Below are positions 1 through 9,142 of a stretch of 32,000 nt of DNA, one piece after another. The stretch's first letter is position 1. Each line of letters starts with the position of its first letter. The notes below the pieces were generated by a model, which worked only from the letters and a program-made list of their open reading frames with translations, was not told where the DNA came from and did not search any database. A program made the translations under genes and the position numbers. Origin of the DNA: Candidatus Nitrosopumilus koreensis AR1 (GTDB lineage: Archaea > Thermoproteota > Nitrososphaeria > Nitrososphaerales > Nitrosopumilaceae); contig NC_018655.1 in the NCBI RefSeq assembly GCF_000299365.1, positions 630,001 through 662,000 of the forward strand. The letters are read 5' to 3'.

Positions 1-140
1 TCTTGAAATGTCTCTACTGGAATGGCAATTATTGCAATAATTGATGTTGCAACAAGAATGATTAGAATAGAAATTCCGGCAATTCCTATTTTGCTTCTAA
101 GAAACTCTTCTTTGATTTCTTGTGGGGTGATACTGCTCAT
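1..140 (-). CDS. ABC transporter permease, N-terminal fragment (DppC/OppC-like), continues past left edge
   Basis: ATG at 140..138 overlaps the stop of the preceding permease (ATGA). My translation MSSITPQEIKEEFLRSKIGIAGISILIILVATSIIAIIAIPVETFQ is a short polar head followed by one TM helix, as in the second permease of peptide/nickel ABC systems. Confidence 0.6.
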   Translation of the reverse strand, partial: MSSITPQEIKEEFLRSKIGIAGISILIILVATSIIAIIAIPVETFQ

Positions 141-1192
141 GAACCTGTTCTCACCCTTGGATCAAAGTATCCGTACAGCAAGTCTGCAATGAATATGCTC
201 ACTAGGAAAAATACTGTTAGAATGTATGTTGCTCCAATAATTACAGGCAAGTCCATGACTGTTATTGCCTCAAAGTACAATCTTCCCATTCCTGGCCAGT
301 CAAATACAGCTTCAGTAATAATTGCCCCTCCTAGAGAACCTGAAAGACTCAGAGCTAAAATCGTAACAATTGGTGGTGCTGCATTTTTTAATGCATGTGT
401 GTAGATTATCTTTTTTTGTTTAATACCAATTGTCTTTTTTGCCATTATGAAGTCTTCTTGCATTATTCCCACCATGAAGTTTCTTACAAGATATGCCCAG
501 GACCCAAATCCTATCATTACAATTGTGATTAACGGCAATGCCATGTGGTACAACAATGAACCAATGTATCCTGGATCTGATGATGGAATGTCTGGTGTTG
601 CCCTTGCTGGAAATATCTGGTATGTAAAGGCAAACAAAAATATCATTAGCATTCCTATCCACCAAACAGGAAAACTGGAACTGATAATTGCAAAACTTGA
701 TGTGATTCTGTCTATGACAGAGCCAACCTTGTTTGCAGATAATGCTCCTATGAATATCCCAATTATTGAAATTATTATTGTAGCTGTTGTAAATAGAAGA
801 ATTGTTCGTGGAAGTTTCTCAAATATGATGTCCTTTACATCTGATGATCCTTCGTCACTGGTAAGAAAAGTGGCATGACCAAAATCAAGCAATAAAATTT
901 TGTACATTGTAATTCCTATTCTTTGAGGTGAATACCACGGCTCATCTAACCCTAAAATTTTGATTCTTTGGTCGATTTGACTTTGTATGAATCCTTCAAA
1001 CTCATCAACTGATGAAAAACTTTCTGCAATGGCAGGATTCTCTGTTATCTCTGATCTGACCTGAAACACTATTCCCTGTTTGAGGATGGTGTCCATGTTT
1101 GAGCCAACTAGTGCAATTGTGATTAGCAGTGTAATCATTAAAACTCCAAACATTGTTGCCAACCGTGTTGCAACATATCTTTTCATGCTCAA
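137..1192 (-). CDS. ABC transporter permease (peptide/nickel type, DppB/OppB-like)
   Basis: 351 aa with an N-terminal TM helix, a long loop, then about 5 TM helices. Conserved DppB-type segment GGAIITEAVFDWPGMGRLYFEAI. Translationally coupled to a second permease. Confidence 0.9.
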   Translation of the reverse strand: MSMKRYVATRLATMFGVLMITLLITIALVGSNMDTILKQGIVFQVRSEITENPAIAESFSSVDEFEGFIQSQIDQRIKILGLDEPWYSPQRIGITMYKILLLDFGHATFLTSDEGSSDVKDIIFEKLPRTILLFTTATIIISIIGIFIGALSANKVGSVIDRITSSFAIISSSFPVWWIGMLMIFLFAFTYQIFPARATPDIPSSDPGYIGSLLYHMALPLITIVMIGFGSWAYLVRNFMVGIMQEDFIMAKKTIGIKQKKIIYTHALKNAAPPIVTILALSLSGSLGGAIITEAVFDWPGMGRLYFEAITVMDLPVIIGATYILTVFFLVSIFIADLLYGYFDPRVRTGS

Positions 1193-1386
1193 TAAGACAA
1201 AATACGAAAATCAGTTTATAATCATTTGAAATGAGTAAAATAGTTTGACGAGAGTGAAACGAACTCTAGGCACAATTCCGGGCAGAAAAGCAGTCTCTCG
1301 TCATTATAGTATAGTAGTAAAGTTATTTAAGAATTTATGAACATATTATTCTAAAAAATTATAATTTGGAACCCTGCTGGTAAAAT

Positions 1387-1686
1387 ATGGTAAATAGCGG
1401 CAAGAATCATTTCTTTGATCCTGATGAACTGGCACTGACAAAACCTGAAATTCTGGAATTTTGTGATAAGGTTATTAAAAAATGGAGCAAAAACCCTTCA
1501 AAAAACGCCAAGAACATCATTGCAATGAATGCAGTAAAGGCTAGCGTCTTGTGGACTGACGATGAATCTCTCAAAGCTATTTGGAGTGAAATTATTTTGT
1601 GGACATCTGAGCTTCTTTATGAGAATGCATTGGCACAAGATAACGAGTGGGCAAACATGCTAAAAAAATTAAAGAATAAAAAATGA
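1387..1686 (+). CDS. hypothetical protein
   Basis: 99-aa ORF with balanced composition and no competing ORF. No motif recognised. Confidence 0.5.
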   Translation: MVNSGKNHFFDPDELALTKPEILEFCDKVIKKWSKNPSKNAKNIIAMNAVKASVLWTDDESLKAIWSEIILWTSELLYENALAQDNEWANMLKKLKNKK

Positions 1687-1705
1687 CTTTGATCATACTA
1701 TTACA

Positions 1706-1948
1706 ATGAGCGCAAATACAATTAGAAAAGCCAAAAAACTAGTTGAAAGTGGTGGTGTTTCAAAGATTGACGATGATCTTTTTCAAATAAAATCTTCATC
1801 TGATCCCGACAAATCCTATTTTGTTACATCTGATACTTGTGAATGTCCTGGTTTCAAAAATTTTTACAAATTCCATCATGGAAAGGGACTAAAAGCAAAT
1901 TGCTCTCACTTGGAAGCAATACGAATATTCAAAAAAGAAAACTCTTAA
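1706..1948 (+). CDS. SWIM zinc-finger protein
   Basis: CxCx(n)CxH pattern in DTCECPGFKNFYKFHHGKGLKANCSHLEAI. Confidence 0.6.
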   Translation: MSANTIRKAKKLVESGGVSKIDDDLFQIKSSSDPDKSYFVTSDTCECPGFKNFYKFHHGKGLKANCSHLEAIRIFKKENS

Positions 1949-1950
1949 AA

Positions 1951-2286
1951 TTATTTTATTTTAGATGCATCAACTTTTCCAACATATGCCTTGTTTTTTG
2001 ATATGATGATTGGTCTTAAGATCAACCCTGGATGTTTGACCATCAATTTGATAATCTGAGTGTCTGTCTTTTTGTTTTTCTCCAAGTCTAGTTCTTTGTA
2101 CATCTTGTCTCGTTTTCTTAAAAGCTCATATGGCTTTTTTCCAGTCAATTTTATGATTTTTTTTAGTTCTGCCTCTGAAAATGGATCTTTGAAAAAATCT
2201 CTTTTCTCAATATCTGCACTCATCCTTTCAATTTCTGATATTGTTTTTTTGCATGTAATACACGTGGATTTGTGAAATATCTCCAT
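1951..2286 (-). CDS. ArsC/Spx-family thioredoxin-fold protein
   Basis: N-terminal STCITCKK redox motif and C-terminal HPGLILRPIII, typical of the ArsC/Spx/YffB family. 111 aa. Confidence 0.75.
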   Translation of the reverse strand: MEIFHKSTCITCKKTISEIERMSADIEKRDFFKDPFSEAELKKIIKLTGKKPYELLRKRDKMYKELDLEKNKKTDTQIIKLMVKHPGLILRPIIISKNKAYVGKVDASKIK

Positions 2287-2310
2287 TCTGAGACTAATTT
2301 ATTGATATGA

Positions 2311-2508
2311 TTAAAAATTGTTTAGAAAAAATTTGGTGCTGTTATGCACAGCAAATTGATTTTTTAAAATCTTCGGAATTTCTTTCAAAATTACATTCTT
2401 TGCACACTTGCCAACTTCTTTTTTTAACAACGAAAATGCTGATTCATAGCGAACCGAATACATTTTTCCACCACAAGTTGGACATGGTAATGGAATATCT
2501 ATTTTCAT
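2311..2508 (-). CDS. small hypothetical protein (CPTCGG motif)
   Basis: 65-aa ORF. The opposite-strand ORF 2307..2510 has a poorer Cys/Leu/Phe-rich composition. Only one clear CxxC pair. Confidence 0.4.
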   Translation of the reverse strand: MKIDIPLPCPTCGGKMYSVRYESAFSLLKKEVGKCAKNVILKEIPKILKNQFAVHNSTKFFLNNF

Positions 2509-2553
2509 AAATAATGTTGGTGAATTTGAAATATAAGGCGCACGTAGAATTTA

Positions 2554-3504
2554 TCAATCGTTCTTTTCTTCAGATGCTTCTGTTTCATCCTCAGATGCTT
2601 CTGTTTCATTTTCAGTTGTTTCTTCTACTTTGTTTTCCATCTCTTCTAATTTTTCATTATTGAATTGCTCTAATTTCTCTTTTGGAATTGTCAACATTTC
2701 CAAGTATGCCTTTTGAGCTTCTTCGTATGTTCCACCTTCTGCTAAAATTTGTATTCTTACTTTTTGAGCTTCTTCAAACAAATTCTTTGTAAAGTTTAAC
2801 TGGCTAGATACAAGATCCTTTATCTTGGGATTTAGGCTGTTTACATAGTTGTCATATTTGTATCCAGTAAATACGCCATAACCTGGCTTGAATTCTTCAA
2901 CTGCCTGCTCTTTGGCATCATCTGCAATGGCTCTTTGCTCTTCTAAATACAATTCATCTGCAATTGGCTCTAGTGATTTTTTATCTTCTAATAGTAGTTG
3001 TTTTAATAATCCATGGTAATACTTGAATAGAGTTTGACCTATTGGGTCCTTTTCAAAATCTGATTCATTTGAACTAAGATACTTTGCTGCTTGTTCTGTG
3101 TTTAGTTTTGCCTGAAGTAATGATACAGGTGAGAAATCTCCTTTGACTTGGAATTGTGTTGTTTCTAATCCTGTCATTGCATACCATGTTGCAATTGCAT
3201 TAACAGTATAAGTTCCTGGAACTTTATCAAAGTCTCTAAACTCTGCTCTAAAAACTCCCCATGGGTCAGTGAATGCTTTTGTTGTCTCAGAACCTGTTCT
3301 AAGTAGCACTTCTGCACCTTGAATGGGCTTGTATGCATGGTCTACTACCTTGCCTGTTATTACTACTGTCTCTCCTGAGACTATGGCTCCTTTCTCTACA
3401 TTGAGGTCTATGATTAACTCCCATAATTCAGCCTCAGATGTCTGGACATATGAAAATAACATCAAAAATGAAAATATTCCTACTATTCCTGCTTTTTTGT
3501 ACAC
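2554..3504 (-). CDS. secreted protein with Ig-like (carboxypeptidase-regulatory-like) domain and acidic tail
   Basis: Signal-like N-terminus MYKKAGIVGIFSFLMLFSYVQTSEA. Segment VSGETVVITGKVVDHAYKPIQGAEVLLRTG resembles a CarboxypepD_reg-type beta sandwich. C-terminus is E/T-rich with a repeated ETEASE(D/E) unit. Confidence 0.7.
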   Translation of the reverse strand: MYKKAGIVGIFSFLMLFSYVQTSEAELWELIIDLNVEKGAIVSGETVVITGKVVDHAYKPIQGAEVLLRTGSETTKAFTDPWGVFRAEFRDFDKVPGTYTVNAIATWYAMTGLETTQFQVKGDFSPVSLLQAKLNTEQAAKYLSSNESDFEKDPIGQTLFKYYHGLLKQLLLEDKKSLEPIADELYLEEQRAIADDAKEQAVEEFKPGYGVFTGYKYDNYVNSLNPKIKDLVSSQLNFTKNLFEEAQKVRIQILAEGGTYEEAQKAYLEMLTIPKEKLEQFNNEKLEEMENKVEETTENETEASEDETEASEEKND

Positions 3505-3656
3505 TTGATGTTATGATTATTTTTGTTGTTAAGACAAAGTATGAATAAAAATTCGCTAATTTTCAATTTTATTTGATTAATCTTGACCTATTTTGTATGT
3601 GTTGGACTATAGTTTCAGACTGTTCTTAAACCCCCAAATTTATCTAATCTTGAATT

Positions 3657-4316
3657 ATGGATTTAGAAAAATTCCGCAATGACGTGTATGCCATGACTGA
3701 GAAACTGTCAGCAAATCTGGAGCAAAAAGACCGCCCCAAACTAAACCATGTAAGACAGCAACTAATTGAAATGTATCAAAAAAATCTCGTTAAAATCAAT
3801 CATTCTATTTTGGAGTTAATCTGTGCCAGCAATCTCATCTCACGCGGTTATGATGTAGATGTTGAAAAAGAGATTTCAAAAATTCTAGTCTGTGATATTT
3901 TTGCAAAAAAAGGCGGAGGTAACACTGTCATTGAGATTGAAACTGGATTTACTCCACCAGAACATGCCATGGATACTATAGATTATTTTACTGCAAGAAT
4001 AATGAGTAAGATTGCAAGATATAGTCAGCACTGCTCAAAGTTTTCATTAGCTAGTCCTGCAACTGGAATCTTGCCTATTCCAAAAATTTTCTTACTTCCG
4101 CCTAATGCCAGAAAAAAAGAAGATATCCAAAAAGTAAAAGATTTGTGCGATCGATACTACAAGAATCCTCCTATAGAATACGATGATATTTTGAATGCAC
4201 ACTTGCATTCTATCTATCTTATCAACATTGACGGTGGATTTGTAACTGAATTAGATCCACAAGGATATGTTGATTTGACAACTGATCTGCTACGTAGAAG
4301 CGATATAGAATACTAG
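3657..4316 (+). CDS. hypothetical protein (possible PD-(D/E)xK-like nuclease fold)
   Basis: 219-aa ORF. VCDIFAKKGGGNTVIEIETG loosely resembles a D...ExE/K nuclease core; this is a weak call. Confidence 0.6.
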   Translation: MDLEKFRNDVYAMTEKLSANLEQKDRPKLNHVRQQLIEMYQKNLVKINHSILELICASNLISRGYDVDVEKEISKILVCDIFAKKGGGNTVIEIETGFTPPEHAMDTIDYFTARIMSKIARYSQHCSKFSLASPATGILPIPKIFLLPPNARKKEDIQKVKDLCDRYYKNPPIEYDDILNAHLHSIYLINIDGGFVTELDPQGYVDLTTDLLRRSDIEY

Positions 4317-4368
4317 GTGACAAAAATAAGAAAAAATTCAAATTCATCTGATTATTATCCCTAGTAAG

Positions 4369-4503
4369 ATGATATGTGCTGCATGTGAGACACGAAAGCA
4401 TTTTGAATGCATTGATTGCATGAATAATCACAAAACTCACCTATGCTCTTGTGATTGTCATGATGAAAACACAGAACCTCATCCTGTAGGAAATTCTCAC
4501 TAG
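4369..4503 (+). CDS. small Cys/His-rich protein (44 aa), below ORF-track threshold
   Basis: My translation is MICAACETRKHFECIDCMNNHKTHLCSCDCHDENTEPHPVGNSH, with 8 Cys and 7 His in 44 aa. It fills the gap between two convergent genes. Confidence 0.35.
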   Translation: MICAACETRKHFECIDCMNNHKTHLCSCDCHDENTEPHPVGNSH

Positions 4504-4505
4504 GA

Positions 4506-5219
4506 TTAATTTTTGAATTTTCTTTCAATTTCTTGAGCCATAATCTCCAGTCTACTTGTATCTCCAAATTTCCTGTAGGTTAGTTTCTCAAGGGTTTTGA
4601 TGATGCTGATTGCTGCCCTGTATTGGGGTATTTCAGGCTCATTTAATTCCCCATACATGCCGATCCCATGAATTCCGTTCTTTTTTGCAAATCCCAAAAT
4701 CAATCCGTTAAAACCTGTAATGATTGATTTTTGTGGCGTAATGTCCACTCCCAATCCTTTCATCTGTTTTGTTAGTTCTTGTGATGTTGTAGTGATGTAT
4801 GTCCTGGGATTGTTGTCAATCATTCTGTTTGTGTGAAATCCACCTAACGTGTAAATGAATTTGGCAGAATACTTTTTTGCCACATCTATGACGTCTTGGC
4901 ATAGTTCGTTTAGTTCACTAGTGCTTTGTGGTTGCCCTTTGCCTCCACCAAAAACAATCAGGTCTTCGGTGAACTTGTATTCCCAACTCTCATCTGGAAG
5001 ATCAATGTATCCTCCTCTATCCACTACATATGTTGGAAATGGAGTTTTTGAAATTCTAAATGTTTTTGTCCTAAGTGATTCATTGATGAAGTTTATCACA
5101 ATGTTGCCAACATTTCCCATGTCTTGCATAGCTGCAATTAGTATTGGTTTTTCAACATTTGGCTCTTCATCTTGTTTGAATTCCATGTTTTCATTACAAA
5201 TCTCATGAACTTTAAACAT
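4506..5219 (-). CDS. PAC2-family (proteasome assembly chaperone-like) protein
   Basis: N-terminal KPILIAAMQDMGNVGNIVINFI matches the PAC2 family hallmark (P-x-L-I-x-G-x-x-G-x-G-x-V-G-like). 237 aa. Confidence 0.65.
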   Translation of the reverse strand: MFKVHEICNENMEFKQDEEPNVEKPILIAAMQDMGNVGNIVINFINESLRTKTFRISKTPFPTYVVDRGGYIDLPDESWEYKFTEDLIVFGGGKGQPQSTSELNELCQDVIDVAKKYSAKFIYTLGGFHTNRMIDNNPRTYITTTSQELTKQMKGLGVDITPQKSIITGFNGLILGFAKKNGIHGIGMYGELNEPEIPQYRAAISIIKTLEKLTYRKFGDTSRLEIMAQEIERKFKN

Positions 5220-5463
5220 ATACTGATTTGAATGGGTTATTTTTTTCTGATGTGTAGATTTGCAATTTCATTAATTTTTGTATATGCCGTTTTTTTGAAA
5301 ATTTGAGTTTACGCTCAAAACTGATCAAAACTCAAACAATGATTTTTTTCTATAACCTAAAAACGCTATCATATTTTAACTATTGGAGATTATTGCCTCT
5401 CTTTTTAATGATCGAGAAAAATATGAAGATTCATAAGGCAAAAAAACTTTCTATCGACAAATT

Positions 5464-7188
5464 ATGGAAACATCCATGGAAAACATTGGTACCCTCGAGT
5501 ATGTTCTTGACAAATACTCCAAAGTTTGGTGCTGGAAGATAACTGGTGAGCGTGCTGTGAGCATGATCTCTCGATTGGTGCCTGAGGCATGGTATGGTGA
5601 AAATGTCAATGAGGTGATAGTTACTGACAACACTGAAAATGTAAAACAGATCAAACTGATCCTTGATAGGTATCCTTTAGAGATTTTATCTAAAACCACC
5701 TGGCAGCGAAAAATCATCAAAACATATGCTCCAAAGCCAACTTTGCCTCCTGTTAAGCACAAGCTAAAGAGAGCAAAAACTGGGGAGCAATTCCGAGGAA
5801 AGTTGTTAAACTTCCAAAAAGAGGGACTAGATTTTCTGATGAAATCCTCTGGTAATGCATTACTAGCTGATGAGATGGGTCTTGGAAAAACTGTTCAGAC
5901 ATTATCTTATGTTGCTACTGAAAAACAGACGTTTCCTGTATTGGTTGTCGCTCCATTAGTCACATTAAACAATTGGGAAAGGGAGATTGAAAAATTCCTC
6001 AAGAAAAAAAGCAGAAACGGAAGAATAGTTGAAAATGAATCTCCTAGCGTCACTTTGATTCGTACTGGAAAACGAAAAGAACTTCCAAAAAGTGATATCT
6101 ATGTAATAAATTATGAATTACTTTTCAAACGTTATGATGATTTGGCAAACGTCGGAATCAAGACAATTGTTTGCGATGAAGTACACAACTTGAGGTCCAA
6201 AACAACTCAGAAATACAAATCAATAAAAAAACTGGCTGCACTACCTTCTGTGTCTTACAGGATTGGTCTTTCTGGTACTCCAATTTACAATCGAGGTTCT
6301 GAAATATGGCCAATCGTTGACATTTTAAAACCTGGACTTTTGGGAAACTTTAAGGAATTTTGTGAATACTTTTGCTATGTTAATGAAAAAGGAAAAGCAA
6401 TCGTACTTGAAAACAAACGTGCATCATTGAGAAATGAGTTGCAAAAACATGTTATGCTTCGACGAAAAAAATCTGATGTACTAAAAGAACTCAAAGATAA
6501 GGTTCGCTACAAGGAAGTCATTGCTGCAGACACTGATTACTATCTTGAGGAATTAGATAAAATCTGGAAGAAACTAGAAGAAGAGCAAAAAGATGCTGAC
6601 TCTGAGTTTTCAAAATCTGCCTCATACCATCGTGCCATCCAAAGTGAAAGGCAAATTGCAGGACTGGCAAAACTTCCACACGTAATTAATTTTGTAAAAA
6701 ACATTATGGAGATAGAGGAAAGCGTTGTTGTATTTTGTCATCATAAGGTAATTCACAAGTTGCTTCATGAAAGCCTTCAAGAGTTCGCCCCAGTATCTAT
6801 TATTGGTGGGCAGTCTGATTCTGTAAGACAAGACCAGATAGACAAATTCCAAAAAGGCGAATCAAAACTAATGATTGCAGGAATTCGCGCAGGAAACGTC
6901 GGTATCAATCTTACTAAAGCAAAATACGTTATCTTTGCAGAACTTGATTGGAGCCCTGCAATACATAGACAGGCAGAAGACAGACTCCATAGAATAGGTC
7001 AAAAAAATACCGTATTTGCATATTATCTGATTGGAAATGGCACCCTAGATGATCATGTCGCAGATGTTCTAGTTGACAAAAGCTACGAAATTGATGAAAT
7101 TATGGATGAGAGCGCTGAAAACTTTGAAAACAAGGACAAGGCAAAACTCATTCTTGCACAAATACAAGACAAAATACGTGCAAAATAG
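5464..7188 (+). CDS. SNF2/SWI2-family helicase
   Basis: Motif I LLADEMGLGKT, motif II DEVHNLRS, motif III LSGTPIYN and motif VI QAEDRLHRIGQ. About 110 aa N-terminal region of unknown function. Confidence 0.9.
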   Translation: METSMENIGTLEYVLDKYSKVWCWKITGERAVSMISRLVPEAWYGENVNEVIVTDNTENVKQIKLILDRYPLEILSKTTWQRKIIKTYAPKPTLPPVKHKLKRAKTGEQFRGKLLNFQKEGLDFLMKSSGNALLADEMGLGKTVQTLSYVATEKQTFPVLVVAPLVTLNNWEREIEKFLKKKSRNGRIVENESPSVTLIRTGKRKELPKSDIYVINYELLFKRYDDLANVGIKTIVCDEVHNLRSKTTQKYKSIKKLAALPSVSYRIGLSGTPIYNRGSEIWPIVDILKPGLLGNFKEFCEYFCYVNEKGKAIVLENKRASLRNELQKHVMLRRKKSDVLKELKDKVRYKEVIAADTDYYLEELDKIWKKLEEEQKDADSEFSKSASYHRAIQSERQIAGLAKLPHVINFVKNIMEIEESVVVFCHHKVIHKLLHESLQEFAPVSIIGGQSDSVRQDQIDKFQKGESKLMIAGIRAGNVGINLTKAKYVIFAELDWSPAIHRQAEDRLHRIGQKNTVFAYYLIGNGTLDDHVADVLVDKSYEIDEIMDESAENFENKDKAKLILAQIQDKIRAK

Positions 7189-7189
7189 T

Positions 7190-7804
7190 CTAAATGTCTA
7201 ATTTCTTTTTTAGTGCTGATAACTTTTCAACAATGTTTGTTTTCTTGTCTGGTTCTATTGATGAATCCTGAATCTCTTTTACTACTTCATCTATAATACT
7301 TAGAATCTCAACTTCTTGTGCTACTTGTCCGAACTTTATTTTATCAAACCCTTCTGTCTCTGTTTTATCAATCTCTTCTATTCCCTCTGGCAGTATTTCA
7401 TACATTTTGATAATTTTTTCATCTTGTCTTTGCGGTGACATTAAGACAAATTGATTTTGTCTTAGCTTTTCTACTTGCTCTGAGATTTCACTTTCAGGCA
7501 ATCTTAGAATGTCAATAATCTGCTCCATACTGCATGATCTAATCTGTAAAAGGCGTAAAATCTTGGCCCAAATAGGAATGTCTTTTCCCCAAAGAATCTC
7601 TTTTGCAACAGGAGTAATTGAAAAAGACCCGTCACTATTTAGTGAAATGAATTTTCTGTCTTTTAGTGAACCTAGGGTATCTAGGATTTTGCCTACGCCC
7701 AGTCGTTTTAGTTCAGAGTTTTCAAGATTTGTTTCATTAAATGTGCCGTTCTCTTTTACTGCCAAATGTAAAATTTCTAAATCAATTGTTCCTAGTTTTC
7801 TCAT
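7190..7804 (-). CDS. hypothetical protein with two winged-helix-like segments
   Basis: 204 aa. GVGKILDTLGSLKDRKFISLNSDG and MEQIIDILRLPESEISEQVEKLRQNQFV look like wHTH recognition regions. Confidence 0.55.
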   Translation of the reverse strand: MRKLGTIDLEILHLAVKENGTFNETNLENSELKRLGVGKILDTLGSLKDRKFISLNSDGSFSITPVAKEILWGKDIPIWAKILRLLQIRSCSMEQIIDILRLPESEISEQVEKLRQNQFVLMSPQRQDEKIIKMYEILPEGIEEIDKTETEGFDKIKFGQVAQEVEILSIIDEVVKEIQDSSIEPDKKTNIVEKLSALKKKLDI

Positions 7805-7835
7805 AATTTTTTCACCTTTTCAACTCTTATCATCT

Positions 7836-8399
7836 TTACTGTGAAATCTCTTTTTGAATTTGCTCTAGCGACTCTTTTATTTTTTTTAGATTTGAAAAAT
7901 TTGTTTCAACCCATTTCTGATAATTCTCTATTGAACCTAGTTTAAAATCTGAATCTGTAATTTGGTTTGCTAAAAACCATGTCTCTCTGTATGCAAAGAT
8001 AATTTTTCCAACAAGCAACTCCTCTTTATTGAGAAACATCTGCATTACTTGCTTTGATTTTTCATGATATTCGTGCTCTTTTGGAATGATTCTTTGAAAC
8101 TCTTTTTGTAACTCGTGAAATCTTTGAAATATTTGGTTGCTTGTTCTTCTCATCTTTCTTATTTTCTCCTCATAGTTTTCTAAAAATTCACTTGCCCATA
8201 CTTGCGATTCATTTTTGTTTGAAAAATTCACCATCTGTGTTTTTTCTATCTCGCTAATTACTTCTGAAATGACATCCAAATGCCATTTGAAAAACTCTTG
8301 TAATGTATTTGCATTGTTTATTTTTTCAGAGACCCATGAAAAAAACAAATTTGTTTTTTTATCCTCTGAAAAAACTTGTGTTATCTTTGGATGAATCAC
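7836..8399 (-). CDS. hypothetical protein
   Basis: 187-aa ORF of helical, charged composition. No motif recognised. Confidence 0.55.
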   Translation of the reverse strand: MIHPKITQVFSEDKKTNLFFSWVSEKINNANTLQEFFKWHLDVISEVISEIEKTQMVNFSNKNESQVWASEFLENYEEKIRKMRRTSNQIFQRFHELQKEFQRIIPKEHEYHEKSKQVMQMFLNKEELLVGKIIFAYRETWFLANQITDSDFKLGSIENYQKWVETNFSNLKKIKESLEQIQKEISQ

Positions 8400-8476
8400 A
8401 CTTTAACCAAACTTGATTTTGAATAAAAACTTGGTTTTTTCTTGAAGATTATATTGTAGATGCATCTTGGTTATTC

Positions 8477-9100
8477 ATGGTTCGATATGAATTACCTAGA
8501 CTGCCTTATGATTATGATGAATTAGAGCCATACATTGATGCTCAAACAATGAAAATACATCATCAAAAACATCATCAGTCATACGTTGATGGATTGAATA
8601 AATCCCTTGAAGAAATTGGCAGTGCGTCTCATCCTCAATACATCACATCTGTTCTATCTGATCTGAGCTTGATTCCAGAGTCTGGAAGAAATAAAATTAA
8701 TTTTTTTGGAGGTGGATTTGAGAATCATAGATTGTTCTGGGAAACAATGAATCCTAATGGTGGTGGCTCTCCTGGTGGCAAAATAGAAGATGCAATAGAT
8801 GTCTATTATGATAGTTTTGAGAATTTTAAAAAACAATTTTCAGAGACTGCCATTGGAATCCAAGGTAGTGGGTGGTGTTGGCTGGTCTTTAATTCGACCT
8901 ACAACAAAATAGAGATACTCACTACTGAGAACCAAACAAGTCCTTGGACTCTGCAAAAGATGCCTCTCCTTGGACTGGATGTGTGGGAGCATGCTTACTA
9001 TCTGAAATACCAAAACAAAAGACCCGAATATGTTAAAGAATGGTGGAATGTTGTCAATTGGGATTATGTTGAGAACCGTTTCTCTGAGATTTCAGTATAA
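8477..9100 (+). CDS. sod: Fe/Mn superoxide dismutase
   Basis: HHQKHHQSYV near the N-terminus and the family signature DVWEHAYYL near the C-terminus. Confidence 0.95.
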   Translation: MVRYELPRLPYDYDELEPYIDAQTMKIHHQKHHQSYVDGLNKSLEEIGSASHPQYITSVLSDLSLIPESGRNKINFFGGGFENHRLFWETMNPNGGGSPGGKIEDAIDVYYDSFENFKKQFSETAIGIQGSGWCWLVFNSTYNKIEILTTENQTSPWTLQKMPLLGLDVWEHAYYLKYQNKRPEYVKEWWNVVNWDYVENRFSEISV

Positions 9101-9142
9101 TTTGGACAAATTCTTTTAAAGAAATTTGAGTTTTTGGCTCTA

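Noticed and set aside
120-878. Track ORFs 120..404(+), 420..665(-) and 447..878(+) overlapping the ABC permease gene
   Set aside because: They lie inside or antisense to a 351-aa ORF with clear DppB-type motifs, and their composition is not protein-like. Shadow ORFs of this kind are typical of AT-rich DNA.
5303-5542. 79-aa plus-strand ORF upstream of and overlapping the SNF2 start
   Set aside because: It has a non-ATG start and hydrophobic, low-complexity composition. It lies in the divergent promoter region and overlaps the SNF2 N-terminus out of frame.
1706-7188. Functional link between the SWIM zinc-finger ORF and the SNF2 helicase (SWIM is often fused to SNF2 ATPases)
   Set aside because: They are about 3.5 kb apart, with five or six unrelated genes on both strands between them. 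There is no operon evidence.
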